DNA of 64,000 nucleotides from a virus. Position numbers and translations under genes: made by a program. Location of the stretch: positions 64,001-128,000 of the IMG/VR virus record IMGVR_UViG_3300037245_001320. One strand, given 5' to 3'. Shown in pieces: positions 19,401 to 29,700 of the stretch (position 1 is the first letter of the stretch; each line of letters begins with the position of its first letter). The notes below the pieces were generated by a model. The model saw nothing but the letters and a program-made list of their open reading frames with translations, made no database searches and was not told the origin of the DNA.

Positions 19401-22279
19401 CTGATATGGAAAATAACACACAATTATACAGAAAAGGTTTAACCTCCCAAGAGGTTGTACAACTAACAAGTGTACCCAGCAAATCTCCTAAGTTCCTTGA
19501 TGACTTCTATGCGACATATATAAATTACCTAGATGGAAATAAGCTTTACAAAATAAATCACATGGATGGCACAGAGAATAAGGTAATAATAGATCATGCA
19601 GTTACATCTTACGGTTTATATGGGAATTACTGTATATGGTCAGGTGCAGTTGCACAGAAAACATATATAAAGCAATTCCTCGGAGTAGATAGTACTACAA
19701 AGGGAGATGTGTATGATGATACAATGTTATATAATATTGTTGCCTCATCCCCAGCAAACTGGTTTGTCACAGGATACACAGCAGTAGCAGTACATATTGT
19801 AAGTGCAAAACTACAAAGTTACGTAGGGGTTACCCCCTTATATGGTGATGTAGTAAAACATTCTTTAAGTGATGATGGACAATACACTTTAATGAATTCC
19901 TTAGGGCAGGTGTATTATGTGCCATTAGTAGACAAAGATTTAACAGAGGTGTTAGAGACGGAAACACGTTCAGAAGAAGTAGTAATTATTGGAGATTTCC
20001 GTTACCTTAGTAATACAATAACCAATATAAACCCTACGGATATTACCAATGCTGTAGTAGGGGATAAGGTAAATAGTAGTTATGTCGAAGATGATGTGAC
20101 AATTACGTTTATTGGATCAAATTACTTGGTTATGACAGACTATGCTTTACAAACAGTACCCAATGCTAATATAGGAATAACAGGTACAAGATTATACTTA
20201 AACGCAAATAGAGTTGTGGTACCAGGGACAATTACAGCAGGCTTATTAGAAACAAATGCTATAAATAGTATAGATCGAGTAGCATCAGGAAATCCTAATG
20301 CAGGGCAACAATTATACCAACATGATTTAAGTAATGGAATAGAAAGACAGTACAGAGAGAATGGGGACTTAATAAGACAGTTTACTCCTGCGGATGGTTT
20401 ATGGTTAAGAGAAGGAATAGAAATTGGAGGAACAGCTCCAGGAGGAGGAGTAGTCGTTCCTCCCACACCAGAATTTACAGACACTGTTAACCAAGTATTT
20501 AGACAAGCTAATGCCCCTTATGGAGAAGGTGAAATAGAGAACGACATTTGGTATGATACAGATGACGGGTCAACATATGCATACAAGGCTAGTGTATGGG
20601 AACCCACAGCATACACCTTACCTCAATTAGATGCTTTAGGAATAGATGCTGGAACAGTAAATACTTATAGTATATTAGGTAATGTAGATGTAGCCGTTCC
20701 AGCAGATGCATTATTTACAGACACTCTATCATTCCTTTACACAATAGCAACAGGTGTACCTGATACAGGTGGAAGTAATCCAACACCAGAATCAGGAGGA
20801 TTTAAACAAGGAGATGTTTGTAAGGTTACAGATTCAGGATCTGCTTATGTATATGATGGTTCTGCATGGCAACAGACATCGGATATTGCCGCAGATTATT
20901 TTGCTAATGGGGGATCAGCAGGGTACACGGGAACATCGTCATGGGGTATAGACTCTAATGGAAAGTTAACAGCTTCTGGAGCAGACATACAAGGAAACAT
21001 TGAAGCTGATTCTGGGTACTTTAAAGGGGTCGTAGAAGTTATATCTACAGACTTGAAAACTAGAACTGTTGTGGATAATGGTGATATTTCCTTTTATACA
21101 AGAATCCTCAACACTGATCCTTGGATTCCTATTGGTAGTTTAGGAGGGGGCTATGATGGAACAGTTCCAGTATTAATTGCACCACAAGACTTTAGAATAG
21201 GGGACATGACTATTGGTAGAGGTAAAGGAAATATTGATAGTAATGTTGCTTTAGGTGCTAATGCTTTAGACAGCAACACATCAGGGGAAAACAATGTGGC
21301 TATAGGAAGAGGAGCCTTAAGTGATAATGCATCAGGAACTAACAACGTGGGGGTAGGTATTCATGCATTATTACGTAACACAACAGGCGATTTTAACGCT
21401 GTACTAGGTGCCTTTGCCCTAAGTGATAACACAGAAGGGTATAACAATATTGCAGTAGGTAATAGTGCACTACATCAGAATACAACAGGGCATGGGAATG
21501 TTGCAATAGGAACAGACGCACTTGAAGGAAATATCACAGGACTAGATAACGTAGCCATAGGAACAAATGCACTTAAGGCAAATACCAATGGACTAGATAA
21601 TGTTGCTATAGGCGTTGCTGCCATGATAGATAATACAGAAGGTTATTTTAACATATCCCTCGGAAGTTTATCTTTACGGCACAATACTATAGGATTTGAT
21701 AATATTGCTATAGGGGGACATGCATTAAGAGATAACACAGAAGGTTTTGCCAATGTGGCCGTAGGAGGGGACGCACTATTAAAATCCACAGGGGATTTTA
21801 ATACAGGTATAGGGCACATTGCATTAGCTGAACATGTTTCTGGAGACTATAACATAGCCCTTGGGTTTGGAGCAGAATGTTCTACAACAACTTCCTCGGG
21901 AGAGTGTGTATTAGGCGATGGCAATATAACAGTACTTCGCTGTAATCAACAAACCATATCAGCACTATCTGATGGAAGAGATAAGGTAGATGTAAAAGAT
22001 AGTTTATTTGGTCTAGACTACATAATGTCTGTAAGACCTGTAGATTTTTTATGGAAAACACGAGAGGGTAATGTTAAAGATGGCACAAGGGAAGTAGGGT
22101 TTATTGCCCAAGAGCTAAAAGCGATAGAAGAAAAGTTTAATGCCTCTCATGTAAAGTCTGTTTTATCTGAAAACCCAGAAAGGCTAGAGGCATCATATGC
22201 TTCACTAATACCAATAATGGTAAAAGCAATACAAGAACAACAAAAGGAAATAGAAGAACTTAAGAGGCGAATCGTTTAA
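16394..22279 (+). CDS. Central tail tip/fibre protein (gpI-gpJ-like fusion) with beta-helical repeats and S74 chaperone
   Basis: N-terminal ubiquitin-like domain, PVPVILG and TSNPA..ID...L..W..FC gpJ motifs, 14-aa NVAIG..AL..NT.G repeats, and C-terminal SDGRDK...GFIAQE...coiled coil. Confidence 0.88.
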   Translation: MSIRVITQTNPFSTERKINELDDVKTVNGILRKLKINKKDIPLAISVNGVVTEDFSLKVKENDLVLVKIIPSGDRGTAISRVLGGLQVVAGIILIATGLGAGGGVALIISGTTTFFGPEIASWAENATDKDNKVKLTGPSTSDVSYLKGGKNAYGQNQPVPVILGKHRYYPYQIAYQYTNLELDAKVTPVVSNPEVVEDTLRKANGQLNQLRNRHDDYETMISDVRTKIADLYSPGGTTWVAILDTRTDLYALKSIPELNRDSHLSTAIGFFTTGAPVSEAYGSTFVSSAYNQKLHQVLLWGHKDIEILPNTLKRAETLVTNTALTDTSVVHNSLSNYGEKAQKHVAIYKVLKKFSTTTGATPYSILLPGKIKDATMVFIFGLFFAKNKDDEYLTPKIKVSWALYEVPDSGPDVLVTTKTETFSGGDVHKAEQQEPSGINLTIPVTLTTTKQYKITIQREFDDMQDEDSTVYNPHVSAFESVVALSHILCTSDLDVMTPYAKTTYNYSSVVTQDDTIDGDIDSFNAIVQTNVPNYNGVGTGSSAWNTLELTSNPASMYLYILQGAPNKRQVDDSEIDWAALEDWWQFCEDNNFECNIVLINPGSISNILKTICITGRATLNTTNNYSVLVDKERDFPTQLITNLNAFNMSLNRSFNEPVHGIYFSFIDAGEESDYQAVERAVYLDGYNENGTDGKIKATKLLSQQLLGVTSATQVGQLGKFMINAYNRRVETVSVSMDIEYLLALPGDLVKFSYDQLLTSTARGRITEIINNGSGETETILLDTDVTMEAGKSYAVVIRLANGDFVEEGATQSIPVNTIVGTFDYVILSSPQVTSVAVGDLVAFGEAATVTGDYLVQSITPSDNLSATLRLVNYAEEIYSPDPLGPWESPYGKQSDFGASPILESTYTLDAIGNLTDANAKRLDTLASPSIKRAIRTQTPSATYVREDVLEMALSNNYLYFIDKEDLSIKRTTILPNAATETIVTTPCKELAVTADDRFLLYTDMENNTQLYRKGLTSQEVVQLTSVPSKSPKFLDDFYATYINYLDGNKLYKINHMDGTENKVIIDHAVTSYGLYGNYCIWSGAVAQKTYIKQFLGVDSTTKGDVYDDTMLYNIVASSPANWFVTGYTAVAVHIVSAKLQSYVGVTPLYGDVVKHSLSDDGQYTLMNSLGQVYYVPLVDKDLTEVLETETRSEEVVIIGDFRYLSNTITNINPTDITNAVVGDKVNSSYVEDDVTITFIGSNYLVMTDYALQTVPNANIGITGTRLYLNANRVVVPGTITAGLLETNAINSIDRVASGNPNAGQQLYQHDLSNGIERQYRENGDLIRQFTPADGLWLREGIEIGGTAPGGGVVVPPTPEFTDTVNQVFRQANAPYGEGEIENDIWYDTDDGSTYAYKASVWEPTAYTLPQLDALGIDAGTVNTYSILGNVDVAVPADALFTDTLSFLYTIATGVPDTGGSNPTPESGGFKQGDVCKVTDSGSAYVYDGSAWQQTSDIAADYFANGGSAGYTGTSSWGIDSNGKLTASGADIQGNIEADSGYFKGVVEVISTDLKTRTVVDNGDISFYTRILNTDPWIPIGSLGGGYDGTVPVLIAPQDFRIGDMTIGRGKGNIDSNVALGANALDSNTSGENNVAIGRGALSDNASGTNNVGVGIHALLRNTTGDFNAVLGAFALSDNTEGYNNIAVGNSALHQNTTGHGNVAIGTDALEGNITGLDNVAIGTNALKANTNGLDNVAIGVAAMIDNTEGYFNISLGSLSLRHNTIGFDNIAIGGHALRDNTEGFANVAVGGDALLKSTGDFNTGIGHIALAEHVSGDYNIALGFGAECSTTTSSGECVLGDGNITVLRCNQQTISALSDGRDKVDVKDSLFGLDYIMSVRPVDFLWKTREGNVKDGTREVGFIAQELKAIEEKFNASHVKSVLSENPERLEASYASLIPIMVKAIQEQQKEIEELKRRIV
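21240..21870 (+). repeat. Coding tandem repeats with a ~42-nt / 14-aa unit (N.A(I/V)G..AL..NT.G)
   Basis: About 15 degenerate units visible in the protein and the DNA. Confidence 0.8.
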
Positions 22280-22749
22280 TAGAAAAATAAGTCAAAACTG
22301 TATGTATATCCCACGTATATGTTTTGACTTATTTGTTCCCCTCGTGATCCAATGTATGTTCCATCATTTCTTAATACAATAACATGATCGATTAGACCTC
22401 CCTTATTCACACTTCTTAGCATATCCACCAGTACAAAATCTAATTTCTCTCCAAAAACAACATAGTAAATATTCATAAACAAAATAGCAAAATCCTCACA
22501 ATCCCCATAACCTTTAGTCAATGTTTCTTTAGCCATATTCCATGTGTCAGTGGTGTCCTTCGCATACTGTAGGGTGTTATAGACATAGTCCTGTATGTCC
22601 TTGACAGTTCGCAGGGATGTAAAATCCTCATGATAATAAACCTCACTCTTTTGAATACGACTCTCATAAACATCATCAGCAAGTTCATTATATAATGAAC
22701 AACCAAAACTAAACCCAACAACTAACAATAAAATAATAATCTTTTTCAT
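22276..22749 (-). CDS. Lipoprotein with transglutaminase-like cysteine protease domain (BTLCP/C93-like)
   Basis: MKKIIILLLVVGFSFGC lipobox; D.W....ETL..G.GDCEDFAI and a downstream H. Opposite strand to the tail genes. Start likely at MKK (22749). Confidence 0.75.
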   Translation of the reverse strand: MKKIIILLLVVGFSFGCSLYNELADDVYESRIQKSEVYYHEDFTSLRTVKDIQDYVYNTLQYAKDTTDTWNMAKETLTKGYGDCEDFAILFMNIYYVVFGEKLDFVLVDMLRSVNKGGLIDHVIVLRNDGTYIGSRGEQISQNIYVGYTYSFDLFFY

Positions 22750-22804
22750 ACATAACACCTTGAAACTCCAATGAGTTTCTCCCTCTTTAATCTAATATAA
22801 CCTA

Positions 22805-22833
22805 ACTATAACACCTATACAAATAAATGTCAA
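22805..22833 (-). promoter_or_regulatory. Sigma70-type promoter for the lipoprotein gene
   Basis: TTGACA-17nt-TATAGT with extended TG. Confidence 0.7.
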
Positions 22834-22845
22834 GATCAAACCCCA

Positions 22846-22869
22846 AAAAAATTCCCACTATGGTATAAT
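22846..22869 (+). promoter_or_regulatory. Phage-specific promoter motif, copy 4 (upstream of second fibre)
   Basis: AAAAAATTCCCACTATGGTATAAT. Confidence 0.85.
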
Positions 22870-22937
22870 GGAAGAAGGATAAATAAAAATCCTTCAAAAA
22901 GATAAGAGTAAATAAAAAATACAAGGATAAATAAAAT

Positions 22938-25025
22938 ATGGCAAACATAATAGTAGCAGACGGACAATATCAAACAGTCGAAGTAAATACAACATTAGTA
23001 GAAGTAGCAGGTAAATTGTATTATATAAAGAATACATCAGCAGGACAAATAACAGTAACATATGGAGTAGATAATACAGTACTCCAAACACAGGATCTAG
23101 GGATCTTTATGTTTGATGGGAGTCTTTGGTCAGACTTAACACCTTCTGTATCGATAACAGAGTTGAATCCTACTTTCGATTCATTGACGGTGAACGGGAA
23201 TATCACGCAGACAGCAGGAGTAACATCTTTAAAAGAGACAACAATAGAACAGAGTACAGTAAATGGTTTAAACTTATATAGGACACTAAATACGTCTGGT
23301 AGTGGTATTCGACTTAATTTCTATGGTAAAGACAGTGCGGGAGATCAGGCTAAATATGCATTCATAAGAAATGAAATAGTATCCAACACTGCATCTTCAG
23401 TCGATGGTGCTTTGGAGTTTGCTGTAGCAAAAAATAGTGTTGTTACACCTTACATGTATTTGACAAATAATGGAGCTTTGATTTTAGATACTAATTTAGC
23501 AGACAACACAGTAGACCTCCTACAAGTAGGCTCAAATACAAACATATCCTGTAGTTTCGGTTATATGAGAGCAAGTAGTATTGGTGGTGTTTCTTATTTA
23601 GGTTATACAACAGATGATATAGAAACAGAATATGTAATAAGACGTTCAGCAAGTGGTTTTGTTTCATTAAATGCAACTTCTGCTCATGATGTTAAAATAC
23701 AAGTAGCAACGGCGAATGTAGCAACATTCTCAGGTTCAGCAATTGATTTATTAAAACCTACTACTATTACAGGAGGCTTAACAATAGACAGCAATGCCCT
23801 ACTAGACTACAACGCTACAACAAGGGATTTAACAATATATAATAGTTACTCTGGTGATGACGCAGATATTGGTTTTGATATGAACTTTGCAGGGCAACAA
23901 CGAATAATGACATTAAAAAGAGTAGGAAGGGTTGGAATAGGTATAGATGATCCTCAAAGTGCTCTACATATAAGTGGAAATATAACATTAAGTGGAGGAG
24001 CTGTTAGAGGTATAACAGGATCAGCAAATAACTCCATGTACATAAATGCATTAGGTAATGCAGATACCGAAGGAGTACTAATACAACAGAATGGTGTAAC
24101 AACCGCAGAGTTCCTAAACACAGGTAGAGTAACAATAGGAATGACTGATAATACAGTGGATCTTCTACAAGTAAACGGATCAGCATGGAACACAACAGGT
24201 GTGTGGGATTCTCCTTCAGATAGAAGAGTTAAAGAAAATATAAGAGAACTTTCCAATCCGTTACAAAGAGTTTTGGACATAGCACAATGTGTTAGGCAAT
24301 ATAACTATATAGAAGAAACAGGAATAAAACAAAACACCAGAACACAGTATATTGCACAAGAGTTAATTGAAAAGGGCTTCGCAGGATATGTAAAAGAAGC
24401 TGCCCCGTTAAATGAAGCTGTAGGAGAAATTCTAGGGTGGGAGTATGCAGATGAAGCATACACAGAAGAACAACCAGCAACAACAACAGAATACACATAT
24501 AATAATGTAATCCAAGACGGTGTAATTGTTTCTATAAAAGAAGAAATAGAAGTGCCTGTAACTACAACTATCACAGAACAAGAAATACAGAACAAAGTAA
24601 TTACTATTACAGAAGAAATTGAAGAAGAAATAACGGAAACCATTACGGAGGAAGTAGAAGAAGAACTAATAGTAACAGAGGATGAAGAAGGAAATCCTTT
24701 AGAGGAATCTTATACAGAGACTATTACTAAAGAAGTAGAGAAAGAAGTTACAAGAACAGTTATTAAAGAAGTAGAGAAAGAAGTAACCACAGATGAGTTA
24801 ATAATAGTTGAAGTAGAAAAACAAGTTCCTTTAATGGAGACAATTACCAAGACTAGAAGAGTTGTTGTAACAGAAGGAGAGAAACTTCTTCAAGTTGAAC
24901 AGAACTTATCTCCATATTTTGCTCCAGCAATATCAGCATTAAATGATAAAGTAGTATTATTAGAAGAAGAGAACAGAGTGATGAAGTTAGAATTAGATGC
25001 AATTAAAAAGCATTTAGGTATATAG
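22938..25025 (+). CDS. Tail fibre with S74 intramolecular chaperone carrying a long Glu/Thr/Val insertion
   Basis: GRVGIG..P...LHI.G repeats, SDRRVKENI, YIAQE and a C-terminal coiled coil. Confidence 0.8.
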   Translation: MANIIVADGQYQTVEVNTTLVEVAGKLYYIKNTSAGQITVTYGVDNTVLQTQDLGIFMFDGSLWSDLTPSVSITELNPTFDSLTVNGNITQTAGVTSLKETTIEQSTVNGLNLYRTLNTSGSGIRLNFYGKDSAGDQAKYAFIRNEIVSNTASSVDGALEFAVAKNSVVTPYMYLTNNGALILDTNLADNTVDLLQVGSNTNISCSFGYMRASSIGGVSYLGYTTDDIETEYVIRRSASGFVSLNATSAHDVKIQVATANVATFSGSAIDLLKPTTITGGLTIDSNALLDYNATTRDLTIYNSYSGDDADIGFDMNFAGQQRIMTLKRVGRVGIGIDDPQSALHISGNITLSGGAVRGITGSANNSMYINALGNADTEGVLIQQNGVTTAEFLNTGRVTIGMTDNTVDLLQVNGSAWNTTGVWDSPSDRRVKENIRELSNPLQRVLDIAQCVRQYNYIEETGIKQNTRTQYIAQELIEKGFAGYVKEAAPLNEAVGEILGWEYADEAYTEEQPATTTEYTYNNVIQDGVIVSIKEEIEVPVTTTITEQEIQNKVITITEEIEEEITETITEEVEEELIVTEDEEGNPLEESYTETITKEVEKEVTRTVIKEVEKEVTTDELIIVEVEKQVPLMETITKTRRVVVTEGEKLLQVEQNLSPYFAPAISALNDKVVLLEEENRVMKLELDAIKKHLGI

Positions 25026-25037
25026 AAGGAGTAAGGA

Positions 25038-25547
25038 ATGACACCAGAAGTGATTAGCACCTATATAGTCATATTATTAGCAGTTCTTGGATATGCTATT
25101 GTTGTAGGAAAGGTTAAACAACAAGTAGACCAGCATGATAAGGACATAGGGGAAAACAAGGAGGAAAATGGAAAGTTACGTGATCATTTTGATGAATCAT
25201 TAAAAGAAACAGCCAAAGAGTTCAATAACATTTTAAGAGAACATGTATCTATGGAAGTCTTACGAGACGGAAAAGTGGAAGCTGTAAAAGAAGAATTACA
25301 GAAACAAATAAGAGAAAGTGTAAGACATGAGGCCGAATTAAGATACACAAAGGATCAAACGGAAGAGTTGAAAAAGGACTTCCTTGGTATGAGAGTTGAG
25401 ATGGATAACATCAAGGAGACAACAACAGATATCAAACAAGATGTTATAAAATTATCAACAGTATTAGAAGAGCTCGTAAGAGTATCAGTAAAAACACAAG
25501 ACACAGTACAGAAAATACTGGAAGCAAGTTTAAAGGATAAGAAATGA
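25038..25547 (+). CDS. Single-TM coiled-coil protein (hemolysin XhlA / holin-accessory-like)
   Basis: N-terminal hydrophobic helix followed by heptad repeats. Confidence 0.4.
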   Translation: MTPEVISTYIVILLAVLGYAIVVGKVKQQVDQHDKDIGENKEENGKLRDHFDESLKETAKEFNNILREHVSMEVLRDGKVEAVKEELQKQIRESVRHEAELRYTKDQTEELKKDFLGMRVEMDNIKETTTDIKQDVIKLSTVLEELVRVSVKTQDTVQKILEASLKDKK

Positions 25548-25948
25548 AATTAAGAGAATTTTTAAAAGAGATGGGTAAGCTTTGTACTGATGATAAGATT
25601 TTAGGTGCAAGAATAGGGTTAAGTGCAATACTAGACTTTGATCATGAACTAAAAGATCCTTGTTCAGCATTTGCGTTTAAGAGCTGTGATAAGAATGATC
25701 CCTTAAAAAGGATGGAGCATTTATTTGCATGGAAATATCTTCCAGAGGTAGACAGAAGAAAGGCAGAAAGATGTGAAGACCTTGTAACACTATTAAGTTT
25801 ATACTCGTATAAAAAGAAATACGAGACAGAAGTATACGATGAGCCAATAGAGGTAATGACAGCAGACATACAAGCTAATCCAATCCCTGAAATAGACTCA
25901 CAACTTCCTTTAGATACTGTGGTGGTTATGGGTACATGGTTAGATTAG
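25544..25948 (+). CDS. Hypothetical protein
   Basis: ATGA overlap with the upstream ORF. Confidence 0.6.
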   Translation: MKLREFLKEMGKLCTDDKILGARIGLSAILDFDHELKDPCSAFAFKSCDKNDPLKRMEHLFAWKYLPEVDRRKAERCEDLVTLLSLYSYKKKYETEVYDEPIEVMTADIQANPIPEIDSQLPLDTVVVMGTWLD

Positions 25949-25949
25949 T

Positions 25950-26381
25950 ATGATTAAGAAGTTAGGGTGGGTCTTTGGATTACTATTCATTCTCTTGGCT
26001 ATGATAAATCATGCAAATAATCCTGAAATAGTGCGTTTGAATGTTTTGGGGTTAGGTATAATAGGTGTCTTATATATTTACACATCTTTTAACCTTTACT
26101 TTGCTAAAATAATACAAACACTGTTACTGTTTGTGTATGGCAGTGTAGCATTTTTGTATAACGATGGGAATGTACTAGTCTCTATGTTCTGCTTCTATAT
26201 TAGTGGGGAGCTAATGAGGAAGTACTACCCAAAGAAATACATAAATATGTTTGTACTTGGTTCAATTTACATAACTTTTGCTGTGTTAGCAGGCTGGACT
26301 TTTTTCCATATCATAGGGAGTGTTCTCATGTACTCGGCACTAACTATCATCATTTACATTATACAAAACGACAAAGTATAA
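25950..26381 (+). CDS. Multi-pass membrane protein
   Basis: 5-6 hydrophobic segments. Confidence 0.6.
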   Translation: MIKKLGWVFGLLFILLAMINHANNPEIVRLNVLGLGIIGVLYIYTSFNLYFAKIIQTLLLFVYGSVAFLYNDGNVLVSMFCFYISGELMRKYYPKKYINMFVLGSIYITFAVLAGWTFFHIIGSVLMYSALTIIIYIIQNDKV

Positions 26382-26526
26382 AATTAAATAAGGTTGGGAC
26401 AACTCCCGTAAAAGGCACTAAGTTCTTTCCTTTTCTTAAATCAGAAAACTACATGAATCAGTTCATGAAAATATATAAACAAAACTAACACAAGAAGTAA
26501 AAAATTACTTCAAAAGGAGAAATAAT

Positions 26527-26778
26527 ATGACTTTTGGACAAGGTGTAATAACAACACTAAACAATCAAACAGGTAATTGGAGTGCTACTTACAAAGGAAA
26601 GATGCAATCATTTGGTATATATAATTGTACTGAGGAAACAACTATTGTTTTAAATGCAGGAGAACTAACAGAGGTGACTGTGATAACAAGTGATGCATGG
26701 GATGATGACATCTATAATGGATTTAATACAATAGATATCACAACAACTGGAACATATAATTTAGTAATAAGGGGGTAA
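26527..26778 (+). CDS. Small putative virion protein
   Basis: AAGGAG SD; Thr/Gly-rich beta-like composition. Confidence 0.55.
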   Translation: MTFGQGVITTLNNQTGNWSATYKGKMQSFGIYNCTEETTIVLNAGELTEVTVITSDAWDDDIYNGFNTIDITTTGTYNLVIRG

Positions 26779-26780
26779 TA

Positions 26781-29700
26781 ATGGCAGGGAATAAAGCATG
26801 GGGTGCAGGTGGATCAGGATCAGGATCGCTATCACCGTTAGAACAAAGACTAATAGAAGAATGGACAAATAATATTGTAACCTATTATGGTGATCCAGAC
26901 ACTCCATTAGAAGGGGATGTTAAAATAATACTAGAAGCAGGCGATTTAAACGGATACAGATACGAATCGGCAGTATGGGTTTTAAAATCAACCCTAGTAG
27001 GAGATTCTATATACACAGATAGATTTGTATGTGTGGGTGATTTATTTAAAGGGTTATATAACGGTGAAGACTCAATGGTTCGTCTAGCCACGACTCTAGC
27101 TAAAACATTAGTTACAGGGGACACAGACTATAACCAAGTCCTAACAGGTGTAGGGGATTTACTATGGGTGGAGAGTGATGGAGTCCTAGAACATTCTATT
27201 CCGCAACCATTATTCGACGAAGAAGTAACAACAGACTTTATGGAGTTCTGTACAGATCCATCTGAATATGAAAAAGTTATACAATCTAAATTTATGGTAA
27301 CACATGCAACAGCTACTGAAGTTAAAATGAGATGGACAGCCCATTTAGATGTTGCAAAAACTAATCTAATTTATGAATCATGTACAGAGTTTGACTATAA
27401 TAATGCTATTGGTCAATGTATGTTAGATATAACCACAGGTTTATTTTTTATAGAGAAACCATTGTATCTTAGTGATCTTGGTGGAGCAAAAGTGTATTAT
27501 ACTATTTACACAGAGTTCCCTATAACGTATAAAGGGCACACTGTTGACCCTGGAGGAGCTAACGAGCAATACTACCCATACAACGAGCAGTGGGACTATA
27601 ATGCTGTAGGTAAAATAGTTGCAATGCAGGATTGGGTTGATGAGTATTCAGTAATGAAAGACGACACAGATACGACAGAAATGCAATTTGTATCAACTAA
27701 CCCAGATTTAGATGTAGATCCAACGCTATTAGGAACTAGAGAAGTTTTAAAACAGTATATTGATAACGCTGTTTCAGCATCTTTAGAGTATAAAGGAGGT
27801 TACGATGCATCACTAAACATTCCTAATCTAACAATAGCACCTACAGGAGTTTTACTAGGCTATTTCTACACAGTTACAGTAGCAGGAACATTTTTTACAG
27901 CCGATGTACTCGTAGGAGATGCACTAATAGCAGAAGTAGACGATCCTTCAGTCGAAGCAGATTGGACTATTCTTAATAGAGGTTTAGATGCACCAACTGT
28001 TAAAACTTTATATGAATCTAATCCAGATACAAATGCTTTCCAAGATGCTGAAAAAACTAAATTAGGTACAGTAGAAACAAACGCAGAACCAAATAATATA
28101 TCAGACATTAGCGCAACTGATTTAACGGATTTAGGGGATACAGCATTACACTATCACTCTACAGATAGAGCAAGAGTAAATCATACAGGCACTCAAACAG
28201 CTTCAACTATATCTGATTTTGATACAGAAGTCTCTAACAACACTTCGGTAGCGGATAATACAACTCATAGATCTTCTGATGGTAAAGACCATTCAGATGT
28301 AGTTACAAACAATGCAAAAGTTTCTTTTCCAGAAGCTCCAATAGATGGTGAAAGAAAAACTAGACTGGATGGTGCATGGGTAGCAGAATCTATAGCTTTA
28401 ACAGATGAGCCAACTGGATTCCTATTAGACGCTACTACAGGTGAAATAGATTTAGAAAGTTCTGAATTACTGTTTGTTGATGGAACAAGAACATTTACTA
28501 TTCAACCTAAGAATCCCGCAACAGAGTTTTCTATTATACAAAGTGGTAAATTATCAACTTTTAACTCTGCACAAGACATCATAATATCAGACACAGAAGG
28601 GGTACATTATATCTATTTTAAAGAAGGTATTCTATATGAAACAACTGCATTTGATATATCTATAATTTATTCTAATGTTTTTGTTTCTGCTTTATACTGG
28701 GATGTACCTAATCAAGAAGCAATATATATCGGAGAGGAACGACATGGATGTAAAATGGATGGTCATACTCATACGAGATTACACCAAAAAGATGGAACTA
28801 TTTATTTAATAGGTCTAGGCATAAACGATTTCGATCTAGGTAATGGTAGTCAAGATGTTCACGCTCAGTTCAGTATAGGTTCAGGACAGATAAAAGATGA
28901 AGACATCCTAATAACTAGAGATACAATATCTTCCACAGTTGGATGTCCTATATTCTATAAATCAGGTGCCACAGGTATCTGGAGAAGAGAGTTCAATGCA
29001 GGATTTAGTGTTCTTAATGCTCTTGCGGGAAATAACAGGTTAGTTTGGAATGAGGATGTTGCAGGAACATGGCAGAAAACAGAAGTAGCAAACAACGATT
29101 ATGTTCTTTGTCACATATTTACCTCTAATGATATTAACTACCCATTCTTTGCGATTATGGGGCAGGCTGACTATGATAAAAAAGGGGATGCAAGAGAAGG
29201 TGCTTTAGTAGAGATAAACAACTTAATCATGGCAGGGCTGCCATTTGCAGAGTTTGTTGCCACAGGAACAGTTATATTTAAAACAGCCGATGGTTACACT
29301 AATGCTGTAAAAGCTAAGATAGAAACTACAGACGAAGGTGAAGATTATGTAGATTGGAGAAATAGTGGAATATCCCCTTCAAGTGGTACAGATGTAATTC
29401 AACATAATCTAACTGCTGGAAAGCAAGGTGGGACGATAAACGAGTATTATCATTTAACTGATCTAGAATTAGTAAAGCTTACAGGTATTGAAGATGGAGC
29501 ACAGGTAAACGTTTATGGTACAGAGTTTGAAAGAGTTGAATCCTTATCTGAATCCAGCACTAATACAACACAGCTAGATAAAATAGATATGACCTCAGCA
29601 ATGAAGCCAGCAGGAACTTACTTAGTAACTGCTAATTTTCAGATTACTAATGATAGATCAGGTAAAGAGGCTGTAGGAATTGTAACAATTAATGGTGTGG

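Noticed and set aside
258-24643. Many minus-strand shadow ORFs in the structural arm, and plus-strand ones in the right arm
   Set aside because: They are antisense to well-supported genes, lack SDs, and have the composition expected from the reverse complement of A-rich codons.
21240-25025. Diversity-generating retroelement acting on fibre genes
   Set aside because: No reverse transcriptase and no TR/VR pair differing at adenines was seen. The repeats are ordinary coding repeats.
26382-26526. Small hairpins in the intergenic gap before 26527
   Set aside because: The stems are short (5-7 bp) and AT-rich, with no second copy or recognisable motif.
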